Source: the human T2T-CHM13v2.0 reference genome, Homo sapiens. From it: a stretch of 64,000 nucleotides of DNA. The stretch lies in the NCBI RefSeq assembly GCF_009914755.1, contig NC_060936.1; one strand, given 5' to 3'. The translations under genes and the position numbers were made by a program. The notes under the pieces are model-generated. The model did not search any database. It was given only the letters and a program-made list of their open reading frames with translations, and was not told the origin of the DNA. Of the stretch, positions 41,774 through 53,781 are shown in pieces. How positions within the stretch are numbered: position 1 is the stretch's first letter; each line of letters begins with the position of its first letter.

Positions 41774-44099
41774 CAAATTCTAGTGGAGATCTGTTTTTAT
41801 CTTGTGCTAAGTGCTGAACCCTGAATGTCAAAAGTCTTCCTCTCAGTATTCCTGCTCCATCCTCAACTTTCAGCACTCTTTGCAAGCCTGCACCTCAGAG
41901 GGATTTTTTTCCCCATGCTTTGTCTCATTCCCCAACACAACAGTTGACTTCTTGTCACTCAGTGCCAGCCAGGTTCATAGCGGGAGGTGAGGAGGTAGGT
42001 TCAGTGCTCCTGGCCCATCTTCAGTGGTAGACACATCCTTCTTGAGGCCCTACCTGAGAGGGGGAATGGAGGGCTTTCAAGTTGTTCCTGTTCCTCCCTA
42101 CTATAGTAGCCAAACTGTGCCTTGCACGTGTGGCAGTTTTAGAGCCAGGGAGTGTTCGCTACCTCTCCACTAGGAGCACCATACCTCTGCTTTGAATTAC
42201 TGAAGGATGGAGGCCTGAAGACCTTCCTGCTACTCCATTGAGGGCAAAAGATTTTTCCTTCTCTCCCTTCTCCAGGATCTTTGGCTGCCTCCTGGGGTGG
42301 AACTATCTCACCTTCCTCAGAGAACTAAGGCTTTTTCTTCACATGATTGAAGGGCCCAGACAAGTGTGCAGCGTGTTGTTCATTCCCCAGAGGCAGCCAA
42401 TCAACCCATGTGTGCCTGTATCTCCATCAGAGTCTGGTTTCTCACCTGCTCCCAATATTTTTTTGCATGATGACATGACTATCGTAAGACATTTTCACTA
42501 CCAAAAATAATAGTAATGAATTGTTAATATTGTAAATAATGAACTTTAAAAAATTACAAACATAGCCATCCTGAGTGGCAGTCGCATTGGGCGGATATTT
42601 GAGTGCTGATGGGTAAACATGACTACAATCAGTAAACATAAACTAAAACATAACTGGAATCAGTAAACAAACTAAAACCTAACTGGTAGCAAAAGTAACA
42701 AATTGGTCCTGATTCTGTTGAAGTTGTCAACACCCTCTAGCGGAAATATGTTTTTTTTAAAAAGCAAGTTTTTAAATGCAGAGACCTTTCTCACACATTT
42801 TTCCAGTCATTGAAATTTGGCAGTTACAGAAACTAACATTTGGAGGCAGTAAAAAAACAGTGTAGTGTTTCATTTTATTATAGTAAATAAATGTAAATCA
42901 TTTAATACAGTTTGTTGCCTCACTCAGAAAACCAACCCAAAATGAAGCAAAAACGAAAGGAAATCTAGAAAGAACAGGAACCACAGGAGAACAGAAACTA
43001 CTGATTCAATGTTTCTGCTTTGTCTGGTGAAAATAAAATCTCTATGAGGGTTTCTGCATTTAAATTTAATTAATGAAAAGTCAGATGATCTCCATTCTCA
43101 ATAAATTGAGAACATGCACATGTTTGAAGAGTAATATTCTGAATGTATGCCGAACTTATAGCCAGTGCAGGGTACCTAATGCTCATAAGGATGCCCACTT
43201 GTTTTACTCTGCTTCTAAAGCCAAAAGGGAATTAACCAGAAACCCTCCTCAATATTTCACAAAACCTCCCTCTTTTCAGTAATAACAATTGTATCATAAA
43301 TCTCACTCTAACGTCTGAAATTTTAAAATTAGTAAGATCATATTACTGCGTCTCTTAAACTGTGAAATTATTTAAGAATTAAAGTTAATTCAATGTCTTC
43401 TCTTCTAACTTTTTACTTTGGTTGATTTAATAGTACTGTAATTTCATCAGTATAATAGCCCAGTTCATTTAATAATCAATTTATGATTCTCTTTCTTTTC
43501 CTAGAATGTTTCTTATCTAACTGGCAGCAATAGCTGTAGGACTATGGTGTTTCAGCTGCTTATTTTAGCAAAAAGCAAAGTTCCCCTTCACATAGTCTTT
43601 TGAAAGAAAAGACATCTGTCTGAATATAAATATATGTAACTAAAAGCCATTAAATTGTAAGTATTTAAGTTCCTCTTCTTCAGCTGCTGAGGAGGAACAT
43701 CGTCTATATGTTCATTGGCAATGAACTTTGTTTCTTGGTAGGGTGAAGCCTGGAGATGAAGAATCAGAGAAGCCAGGGGACAAAGCAGCATGAGTGATCA
43801 GAAAAGCAAGGGAAATGTAGAGGACAGCAGTATTCTCAAACTTTCAGGTCCATCAGGTCCACTTGGTAATCTAAGGGAATCATAATTGATTACAAAATGA
43901 ATGTTAAAACACGTATTACTTGGCTCCCTCTGCTATCAGATTTGTTTTCCGGTAGGTCTAAGGCAAGACTTGATTATTTGCACTTCTAACAGGTTCCCAG
44001 GTGATACTAATGCTGTGGTACTTTAGGAACCACTGTTATAAAAAAATATTTAGGAAGTTTTGCTTTGGGTTGTATGGTATATCTTTCTAAATGACCAAG

Positions 44100-44480
44100 T
44101 GTATTAGTCCTTTTTCACACTGCTATAAAGAACTGCTGAAGACTGGGTAATTTATAAAGGAAAGAGGTTTAACTGACTCACAGTTCAGCATGGCTGGGGA
44201 GGCCTAGGAAACTTACAATCATGGCGGAAGGCGAAGGGGAAGCAAGGCACCTTCTTTACAAGATGGCAGGAAGGAGAATGAATGCAGGAGGAACTATCAA
44301 ACACTTACAATACCATCAGATGAGAACGCACTCAGTATCATGACAACAGCACCGGGGAAACTGCCCCAAGGATTCAATTACCTCCATCTGGTCTCTCTGT
44401 TGACACATGGGGATCATGGAGATTATGGGGATTATAATTCAAGGTGAGATTTTGGGTGGGGACATAGCCAAACCATATCA
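44100..44480 (-). mobile_element. THE1D-like solo LTR
   Basis: tgtattagtcc...gccaaaccatatca; TSD CCAAG/CCAAC. Confidence 0.92.
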
Positions 44481-44689
44481 CCAACCATTCTCTTTGTCTG
44501 ATACTACAGAATTTACCTGGCCTGAGACTTTCAAGGGTAAAACTGGAAAGTCTGCCACAAACCAGAAAGATTTGTTCTATGAAAGTTATCAGAATCAAAA
44601 TGGGGCCACTTGCATAAAAACCCTGAAAAATGGAGCTAAGGAAGACCAGAAAGGGAGGGTTTATATGTGTGTATGCCTGACAACAGGAA

Positions 44690-45004
44690 CTACGACAAAA
44701 GACTGCACAAACCACAACTTTGCACAAAGGCCACCACAATCTCACAAAAAATTACTTCTGTGAGGACATTTGCCCAGCAACTGCCTGTCCAACCTCAAAC
44801 TGGTGCCACCCTTTCTACCAGTCCTTGTAACCAAGGATAATTGTCTCAAAGCAATTTATGTAACCCTCTTCATTTTTCTTTTAAAATCCCTTGTCTTCTT
44901 TTACCTCCCTATGTTCATTGTATTCTAACTGTAATGCTCAATCCCAAATAAATATTATTGTTTTTTAGAAGGGTCTCTCCGTGTGTGTGTTACTTAGGTT
45001 TAAC
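44690..45004 (+). mobile_element. ERV1 LTR fragment (MER34/MER39-family-like)
   Basis: aggacatttgcccagcaactgcctgtccaacctc, then cccaaataaa and ttaggtttaac terminus; 5' boundary uncertain. Confidence 0.65.
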
Positions 45005-47845
45005 CAGTCCCCTATACAATGTCTTCAAGACATTTTCAGTAGAGCTAAAATACTTGCTAATGCTTTTGTACTAAAATGTGTGTGTTTTTTTTAATTGATT
45101 CATTAATTTTAAAATATAGATTTTAAATTGATATGTTAAGATTGACCTCAAGGGTATAGTTGCATTTTAGAGCTTATCATCTGTGATTTTTGGCCCAGGG
45201 TGCAGTACTCTGCTGTAGCTAGAACGAATTGTCACCTAGAAAGGAGTAAACCGTCACTCTGATTAGCAAGTGGCCAATGTTTTCATTCAGCAACAAGTGA
45301 AAAGGGGTGCAATAAGAGGCAGGGTGTTTCTTGGACTAATACTTCAAAGTTATTACAGTTACAGCCTTTGGGGAAATTCACTGTTCAGATATGGCTGTTT
45401 CAAACAGTTAAGTATATGCAATGTTATGCGAGTTCATCAAATTAGGAATGTCTTAATTGATCAAAGTAAGCTAGGTTATACAGGAGAAATAAAGTCAAAA
45501 TCTTAATGGCTTATAAACAAAAAAGATTTATTTCTTGCTAAAACAACCTATCCTTAGAACCCCAACAGAAATTGCCCATTTTTCTGCCATAACTTACTTA
45601 TCATAATTCAAGTAGCACAAATAAATAGTTGATGTGCAATGACAATGGGATTGCTCATCCTAATGACTCTTTTTCACAAACATCTATGGAAAATGGCAGT
45701 TGGAATTCTGAATGGAAAATGTAAGTTGAAATTAATGCTGATCTAGTTTTAAATGATAGGTCTAATAATATGTAATCTATTTCATTAAAACCCCAGAGGT
45801 AGCTATTTTAATAGGTCTTGATTTAGGAGCAGAGCTTTGGAAAGCATTTCAAGATTATCAAAGATGTTGTAATCTAAGAGTAGAAAAGTGACAACAGCTT
45901 CATCGATTTGCAGATAGTAAAAATAACTAACAAACGAGTGAAGTACTCTACAAAGAACTCTACTGGGCCCATGGAGCTTCTTAGCATTCTCAGGTAATAT
46001 GTTTTACATCAATCGTTTCCAAATATGAAGATTATTATTCAGTGATTTGAGATGGCTCTCTACAATCTAGTTTTTCACAATGTTCCCCCAGCAGATTTTG
46101 ATGTAATTAGTCTGTAACATGAACATTTTTTTAAAAGATGAAACTTGTATTTCAACTTGGTGTATGGAAACAGAGGAGAGTGGAATGTAAATGTAAAGTT
46201 ATTGGGACTAGTGAAACATTCAGTTCAGTATACATTGTAGATTATTTTAACCTATAAGGCTATGAAGTTATTTTATTACTCTTGGTCTGATTTTCTAATT
46301 CCTACACTTGGTTCTGACACTAATTTTTTATGTAATTTTAGGTAAATCATTCATTTTTTTAAAACCAACTTCTTTTATAACATGAAGTCAAGTAGATTAT
46401 TAATAAAGATCCCTACCCATTCTAGAACCCCATATTTCCTTGAAACTTTCCATTTTATGTAAAGGGATGTGTGCAGCATGTATAGGAGTCAAATGTTTAA
46501 CATAAACTATTGGTGGCAATTGTTATGAAGAAAAATGGAGAGCATAAATGTCTAGTCTTGTTCTACTCCCTTTAAAAACGACCCACTATTTCTAGGGTGG
46601 GTCAGTAAGCTGCAGAGTATATATAACACGATTTAGCAGGTCAACAGGTCAGGAGCTAATTACTTGTAGATCACATCAACCTCTTGAAGACTGAATCATC
46701 TGGAGATGTGTTACAAGTGACTTAAACAGATAAGTACAGCATGGACTCAACAATAAAATGGGAGATAATGGTTAAAACAAAGCTAAGCATCACATCAGAG
46801 TAGGATCCTCACATGACTTTATTCCAGTAATGTAAATGTTCCCATCCCAGCCCTCATTCACCACTACTTCCTCTTATCATTGAGGAAACAGGCAGAGACA
46901 GAATGGAAAGGCAGTCAGCTTAATTTAAGAAACTTTCTTAAGTTTAGAAATACTGAATTAGTTTTAACCCAGAAAAAGAGCTCAATTGAGAACTCTGAGG
47001 TTTGCAACCTTAAATCCCGCCTAAATTCTGATATATTCCTGCCAAAGGCAACCTGATTGAGGTTACCTGAGAAATAGTTTTTCTACAAAACATGGCCAAC
47101 CATGCTCAAGACAAAATTACAACACATAATTTATCTTCGGCATTCTTCAAATTATTTACCTCATCTCCTGCCCCCAGCACCTAATCCCAGAATACAGGAA
47201 TTTGATGATGTCTACACAGCCTATAAAAGTCCACAAATTTAAGTGCCTACTGTGTGAAAGCCATTTTGGGGACTACAAACATAAAGGATGTATAATGCCA
47301 CCCACTAAGATGTTCACGCTTATGATTTAGTAGGAAAAACAGAAGGCTGCCTTACAGATATTAACAACCAAATTTACAGGCACACCTAAAACATCCCGAA
47401 TTCTAAAATATATATATATTTTCCAAATCCTACAGGGTAATATGACTATGAAAGTGCACTAGGAATGTCAATTTAACTAAATCCTCTGAGAGCATCCACA
47501 TTTTGAAAGAGTTCTCTTTTAACCTAAACAAACAAACGAACAAACACTCCTCTCACTGAAGTTCATTCGGCATTGACGGGTCTCTGGTTCTTCAAGTTTT
47601 CATCTAAAAGTCTCAGTCTTTGCTATCACAACCAACGCACCCTTCCTACACTCCAAAGTTGATGGAATGAAATGTCTTGGAATTGAGGGTTTAATTAATT
47701 CGGATCACTGGAGAGAAATAACAGAAATAACGGGGGAAAAAATGTGTCCATTTTAGGGCTTGGAATTGGAAACGTGGGGAAACGTCGCCACCTTCTGGTA
47801 AGTGATGGAAGTGAGCAGGAAAAAAGATCCAAGCTAAGAAGCGGC

Positions 47846-47873
47846 TTTTTTTTTTTTTTTTTTTTTTTTTTTT
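47846..47873 (+). repeat. T28 homopolymer immediately upstream of the ALG10 CpG island
   Basis: Seen directly; no Alu body attached. Confidence 0.95.
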
Positions 47874-47879
47874 CTAAGC

Positions 47880-48440
47880 AGCAAGCCACGCACCTCCCGC
47901 GCTGGCGAAATCCGAGACCCGCCCCTTCCGGAAGTTTTGACACTTTGTGCGCCCCGGGTAATGCGATTGAGAAGGGTAATCATCCGGTCCGTTATCTAAA
48001 CCCGTCACTCCGGGAAACAGCGACCCGATCTTTCCGGATCCGCGCTCTCCCAGCATCCTTTGCCTTCCGGTATGTGGCCCCGTCTGGCTAGTCCCGCCTA
48101 GCGCGCCCATTTCGAGCCCAAGTTTCCAGCTCGGGTTTCCAGGCTCAGAATTTTCCAGGAGTAGGTCCTTGGGCAGTGGCTGTGGGAGCTGGAATGGCGC
48201 AGCTGGAAGGTTACTATTTCTCGGCCGCCTTGAGCTGTACCTTTTTAGTATCCTGCCTCCTCTTCTCCGCCTTCAGCCGGGCGTTGCGAGAGCCCTACAT
48301 GGACGAGATCTTCCACCTGCCTCAGGCGCAGCGCTACTGTGAGGGCCATTTCTCCCTTTCCCAGGTGGGGTCCCCAACCTGTCCCCACCCCAGGAGAGGC
48401 CTGAGAGGTCCCAGCGTCCCCACGTCCTCCCATCCTTAGA
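47880..48440 (+). promoter_or_regulatory. CpG-island promoter / 5'UTR of ALG10 with GC box and ETS (GABPA/ELK-type) sites
   Basis: The only CpG-dense stretch in the window. GC box CCCGCCCC at 47918-47925 abuts the palindromic CTTCCGGAAG(T) at 47925-47935. Further TTCCGG cores at ~48032 and ~48065. No obvious TATA box. Confidence 0.85.
48194..48364 (+). CDS. ALG10: ALG10 coding exon 1 (aa 1-57), alpha-1,2-glucosyltransferase
   Basis: ATG at 48194 in strong context (ggaATGg). Encodes MAQLEGYYFSAALS...EPYMDEIFHLPQAQRYC...FSLSQ. Donor CAG|GTGGGG at 48364/48365; 171 nt, phase 0. 'EGYYF' fits ALG10 rather than ALG10B ('EGYCF') as recalled. Confidence 0.97.
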
Positions 48441-49555
48441 CTTCACTCGTCCTGTTCCACCCCCTCAAGCCTCAGAACATGAAAGAAACTGGGTATAGTC
48501 TTTTGTTCCTGTCTCTGAGATCTGTGAAATATTTATTAAATGAATGAATAAACAGCAGATCTGTCCTCCAGGAAGGAGTGATCTGGGAGAATACTCAACG
48601 GGGAACTGAGCCCTCCTCTTGGCAGCTGACGATATCGATCCCACTTTGTCTTTCCTTGTTTTAGGATTAAAGGCATTCGGGTGCTCCTTGGAAATACCAG
48701 AAAACTTTCCTTTAGCTCACCTGTCAAGCACCTCACTGTGCATTTTAGGGGTGGGATAGGGTGGACTGGAGGGATCTTCAGCTACCAAAAAGTGACAATT
48801 TATAATCACAAATTCCTTCCCTGGGTATTTTTAGTGAACTGTTAACTGGATAAACTGGCAACCAGTCAAGTCACATCATTTTTGAGTATATATTTGACTG
48901 TGCAAGTATGTACATATAAATATCAAAATAAGCATCCCCTGCTTCTCTGGTGACACAATATAGGGTACTGGCTAGAAATATAAAGTCTGTTTTAGAGAAA
49001 GATCTGATCTTAAATCTTGGTGCTGTGATTTACTAGTTTTGTGATCTTGGAGATGTTCTGAGTTTCAGAAATTCAGGTTACTCATCTGCAAAATGACAAT
49101 AATCTTTACTATAGGGCATATTGTAACGTTAATACAGAGGGTTTGGCAACAATTTCTGTCTCAGTTTATGTTAGCTGTCATCATGGAGCCTGTGGTCCAA
49201 ATGTTTTCCTAAACTTAAGAGTCCCAAACAATGTTTCCATGCTTTTAAAAACTGGAACATTTGCAGTTTATTTATCAAAATAAAGGCTTTTAAAGAACAT
49301 TTCTTGGAAAATAGAAATAGATTTTAAGTTGTTGTTGTTTATTGGTTGCTGCTACCTGAACCATCACTAAGCTGGTCCGGGGGCAAAAAATAAGAAAAAC
49401 GAATCCTGTTCTGCCAAGGACTTACTTAATCTTGTCATAGAATAACTTCTCAAAATTTCTGATTGTTGCTGGAGATGAGACTTGGGCTTGACATATTTGT
49501 GCCTGTCTTGTTCCTATTACCTCTTGCTTTTACTTCATTTTCTTTCATTTTAAAG

Positions 49556-49753
49556 TGGGATCCCATGATTACTACATTACCTGGCTTGTACCTGGTGTCA
49601 ATTGGAGTGATCAAACCTGCCATTTGGATCTTTGGATGGTCTGAACATGTTGTCTGCTCCATTGGGATGCTCAGATTTGTTAATCTTCTCTTCAGTGTTG
49701 GCAACTTCTATTTACTATATTTGCTTTTCTGCAAGGTACAACCCAGAAACAAG
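49556..49753 (+). CDS. ALG10: ALG10 coding exon 2 (aa 58-123)
   Basis: Polypyrimidine tract followed by AAG|TGG acceptor. Encodes WDPMITTLPGLY...KVQPRNK (DIE2/ALG10 motif). Donor AAG|GTATGT; 198 nt, phase 0. Confidence 0.97.
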
Positions 49754-50129
49754 GTATGTTTCAAAATACTTAATTACAAGTTTATGTGTAGTCAGGTCCA
49801 CAATTACAATGAATTAGTTTTATGAGATTTGGTGAAAAATGTCTTTAACACTTTGTAACTTTGTATTTTTGTATATTATGTAAAGGTAAATTTAAATCCT
49901 CCATCTCCATTTTAGAATAAATTCGTATTTAAATACTTGAATAACTTATTTGTAAAATCTGAAGTAAATATTTGTTAAGTGAGTCAAACCAGTTCAATAA
50001 ATACTTACTGAACTTATTCCATGTGCTAGGGACTGGGACTACAGAGATAAATGAGGCAGTCTTTTTCTTGTAAAACGTATATATTCATTAGGGAAAACAG
50101 ACTTTACCTGAGGACTTTTGATGTGATAA

Positions 50130-50362
50130 CAGTGCAGGCCCTGGAGGTAGATTGCCTGGGTTAGAATTCTCTCCCTGCCACTTAACCAGTTTTGTTACCA
50201 TGGACAGGTTAACCCTTAGTGGCTCCATGTCTTCATCTATTAAATAAGAATAACAATAGAATCTGCCTTATAGAACTGTTATAAAGGAACAAAGAAACTT
50301 AATAAATGGAAGATGCTTCGAACAGTGCCAGAGATATAGTAAGGGTTCAGTAAATATTAACT
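50130..50362. mobile_element. MIR SINE in ALG10 intron 2
   Basis: gcctgggttagaattc...ctgccactta...catctattaaataagaataacaatag MIR core. Similar MIR relics at ~14770, ~22740, ~32550, ~49000, ~58550, ~60010 and ~62600. Confidence 0.7.
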
Positions 50363-51456
50363 CTAATAATTATTTTTAACCTTAAGAGATGATTTCAGTA
50401 GTGTCAGTTATGATAGAGTGGTAAACATAAGATGCTATGAGGATACAGAGAAGGAGCAGGGGAACACTTACTGCTTTTCTGGGAGGGAGGGGAGTATGTG
50501 GCATTTGGTAAGTCCTCACAGAGAAGATGGTACCAGAGCTGAGTCTTGATGAACGGATAGGGCTGTGTAGGGTGGGGAATTAATCCTGGGGAGACAAACA
50601 ACATAAGAAAAGGAAGAAAGGCATTGAACAACGAGTTGCAGGGAATTGGTCTTGGAATTACAGGATTAAAAAGTAGAGGGATGTAAGGCTAGAGAAGTAG
50701 GTCATGAATGCCCTTATGTGTCACAGAGAGGACTTTGAACTTTAGCATGTAATGTAAAGACCTTAATTTTAATCAAGGAAATGGCATGGTCTGATTTGGT
50801 GATTTAGATTAAGTGGAGTATACAATTCAAGAACATAAGAACACTTTCAAATTCTGAAACAGCATGTCAGAAAGGCCAAAAGAAGATATATAACTTTAGA
50901 CAGGCTCACTTTTCAGAAAAATACCTGTTATTTCATCATGAAAATTTCATCTTGAAAAAGTAAGTCTGGGTATGGTAGTATACCATATGCATGTTTATAT
51001 TCTCCCTTGTGTAGAGTTATGAAGGATTTCCTTAAAGGAAAGTGGTTCATTATGGCTAAGTGAATCCTTACTGAAGGCACTAAAACATAAGCTCAGGGAA
51101 ATGGAGCCAGCACCGTGTCCTATTTATCTCCATAGTCCACATAGAACTTAGTTAGTATCTTGCACTCAATAACTCCTTAACTAATCATTGCCTGATTCCA
51201 ATTGTGTTAAGCTATAGAAGATTTGGCATACACATGGTCTCCAAACTGATAGGTATACATAAAAAGTACCAGGAAGTGTTCTTATAAATGTATATTGTGT
51301 TTTTGCAAAGCCAGAGATAAGATTAATATTGATTAATTTTATTTAAAGAAGGTTTGAGTAGTTGAGTAGTTTTTAAATAAATTTCTTCATTAGGTAAGCA
51401 GAAATAGCATTTTTTGTCATGAAAATAATTTTATCTGTGTTTCTTCTTCCTCCAAG

Positions 51457-52509
51457 GCTGCCTCAAGTATCCAGAGAGTCTTGTCAACATTAACACTAGC
51501 AGTATTTCCAACACTTTATTTTTTTAACTTCCTTTATTATACAGAAGCAGGATCTATGTTTTTTACTCTTTTTGCGTATTTGATGTGTCTTTATGGAAAT
51601 CATAAAACTTCAGCCTTCCTTGGATTTTGTGGCTTCATGTTTCGGCAAACAAATATCATCTGGGCTGTCTTCTGTGCAGGAAATGTCATTGCACAAAAGT
51701 TAACGGAGGCTTGGAAAACTGAGCTACAAAAGAAGGAAGACAGACTTCCACCTATTAAAGGACCATTTGCAGAATTCAGAAAAATTCTTCAGTTTCTTTT
51801 GGCTTATTCCATGTCCTTTAAAAACTTGAGTATGCTTTTGCTTCTGACTTGGCCCTACATCCTTCTGGGATTTCTGTTTTGTGCTTTTGTAGTAGTTAAT
51901 GGTGGAATTGTTATTGGCGATCGGAGTAGTCATGAAGCCTGTCTTCATTTTCCTCAACTATTCTACTTTTTTTCATTTACTCTCTTTTTTTCCTTTCCTC
52001 ATCTCCTGTCTCCTAGCAAAATTAAGACTTTTCTTTCCTTAGTTTGGAAACGTAGAATTCTGTTTTTTGTGGTTACCTTAGTCTCTGTGTTTTTAGTTTG
52101 GAAATTCACTTATGCTCATAAATACTTGCTAGCAGACAATAGACATTATACTTTCTATGTGTGGAAAAGAGTTTTTCAAAGATATGAAACTGTAAAATAT
52201 TTGTTAGTTCCAGCCTATATATTTGCTGGTTGGAGTATAGCTGACTCATTGAAATCAAAGTCAATTTTTTGGAATTTAATGTTTTTCATATGCTTGTTCA
52301 CTGTTATAGTTCCTCAGAAACTGCTGGAATTTCGTTACTTCATTTTACCTTATGTCATTTATAGGCTTAACATACCTCTGCCTCCCACATCCAGACTCAT
52401 TTGTGAACTGAGCTGCTATGCAGTTGTTAATTTCATAACTTTTTTCATCTTTCTGAACAAGACTTTTCAGTGGCCAAATAGTCAGGACATTCAAAGGTTT
52501 ATGTGGTAA
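51457..52509 (+). CDS. ALG10: ALG10 coding exon 3 (aa 124-473, stop TAA)
   Basis: Acceptor ttcttcttcctccaag|GCT. AASSIQRV joins the 342-aa ORF 51481-52509, which carries RQTNIIW, LLADNRHYTFYVW, QKLLEFRYF and C-terminal QRFMW. Total 57+66+350=473 aa multi-TM protein. Confidence 0.98.
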   Translation, partial: AASSIQRVLSTLTLAVFPTLYFFNFLYYTEAGSMFFTLFAYLMCLYGNHKTSAFLGFCGFMFRQTNIIWAVFCAGNVIAQKLTEAWKTELQKKEDRLPPIKGPFAEFRKILQFLLAYSMSFKNLSMLLLLTWPYILLGFLFCAFVVVNGGIVIGDRSSHEACLHFPQLFYFFSFTLFFSFPHLLSPSKIKTFLSLVWKRRILFFVVTLVSVFLVWKFTYAHKYLLADNRHYTFYVWKRVFQRYETVKYLLVPAYIFAGWSIADSLKSKSIFWNLMFFICLFTVIVPQKLLEFRYFILPYVIYRLNIPLPPTSRLICELSCYAVVNFITFFIFLNKTFQWPNSQDIQRFMW

Positions 52510-52872
52510 TATCAGTGATATTTCGAACTGTGAAAATGGACTTAATAATTAGACCATTTCTACAAAGAACAACTGAATAGGTGGAAAACATGGAATTTCT
52601 TTTAGGTGCAGTGGTGGTCTTCAAATTACATTAGTTTTTTTTATATATATTTTAAACATATGTAAGAAATTAAGTGGCAAAGAACTGAGAAAGCTTAAGA
52701 CCTGCTTCAAAAGCCTGAAAAATGGAAAAATAAAATTGTTTTCAGATATCTCATATCACTCTCATAATGTTGGCCCCTTAAAAAGCTTGGGAATGTTTTG
52801 TATGTACAAGTTTATTAAAACTGGGTATGCTTCATATTACTGGAATGAATTTATTCTCTTCAGAGAGAAATA

Positions 52873-52951
52873 TTAGGTTAGTGCAAAAGTAATTGTGGTT
52901 TTTGCCATTGAAAGTAATGGCAAAACCACAATTACTTTTTTACCAACCTAA
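52873..52951. mobile_element. MADE1 (Hsmar1-derived mariner MITE), near-palindromic
   Basis: ttaggttagtgcaaaagtaattgtggtttttgccatt-gaaagt-aatggcaaaaccacaattacttttttaccaacctaa, flanked by TA TSDs (52871-52872, 52952-52953). Confidence 0.95.
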
Positions 52952-53247
52952 TAACAATGTATTAGCAAATATTTACAAATGGTCAGGTGATATTCTTGAT
53001 TGAAAAGTTGCTTAACATTTCAGTAATATAATTTTAATTCTAAGTCAAAATACAAATGCATAGATAGTAAATGATAAAGTAGAGACTCATATATGCCTGT
53101 CTAGACATCAAATTGTTGGTTATTGTTTACAATCTAGAAATGATGAAGCTCTTTCACTAATTCCTAATATGAAATGTATGATGGCCAAAGACAAATTGTA
53201 TTGATTATAATCCTTTAAAAGGGGGATTTCCTTTCTGAAATACATAT

Positions 53248-53721
53248 TGTATTAGCTTCCCAGGGCTTCCATAACAAATGACGACAAACTTGGGTGCTTA
53301 CAACAATTTTCCTCACAGTCTGGAGGCCAGAAGTCTAAAATCAAAGTGTCAGCAGAGTTGGTTCCTTCTGGAGGCTCTAAGGAAGAATCCATAAACAGAC
53401 ATTCTATGTCTGTTTCCTAATATCTTGTGGCTGTGTGCAATTCTTGGAGTTCTTTGGCTTCTGGACAAATCTTGTCCAAGTATTGCAGACAGCAATCTTC
53501 ACTCCAGTCTCTGCCTCTGTGTTCACACGGCCTTTCCCTCTGTCTTCTCTTCATTACCTTTTAAGGACAGTGTCTTTGAATGTAGGGCCCACCCTGATCT
53601 AGGGTGATTGTGTCTGGAGACCCTTAATTATGTTTACAAAGACCCATGTTCCAAGTAAGTTTGTATTCATATGATCTGAGTAGACATTGTCTCTTCGTGG
53701 GATACTTTTCAGTCCATGACA
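53248..53721 (-). mobile_element. MLT1B/C-type solo LTR
   Basis: tgtattagcttcccagggct...ctggaggccagaagtc...tcagtccatgaca. Confidence 0.8.
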
Positions 53722-53781
53722 GTTACTAAAGGACATTTTAGGATAGTCTTCATATGATTGTTAGGAGACTACCTTTTTAGA

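Noticed and set aside
47744-48091. 115-aa ORF in the same frame as ALG10, ending at TAG 48089-48091, with no further stop before the ALG10 ATG
   Set aside because: It starts at GTG upstream of the promoter and runs through an unstable T28 tract (poly-Phe); a GC-rich chance ORF.
49369-49390. gctggtccg followed by an A-run, resembling a Y RNA 5' end
   Set aside because: Only ~9 nt match, with no Y RNA body or TSD.
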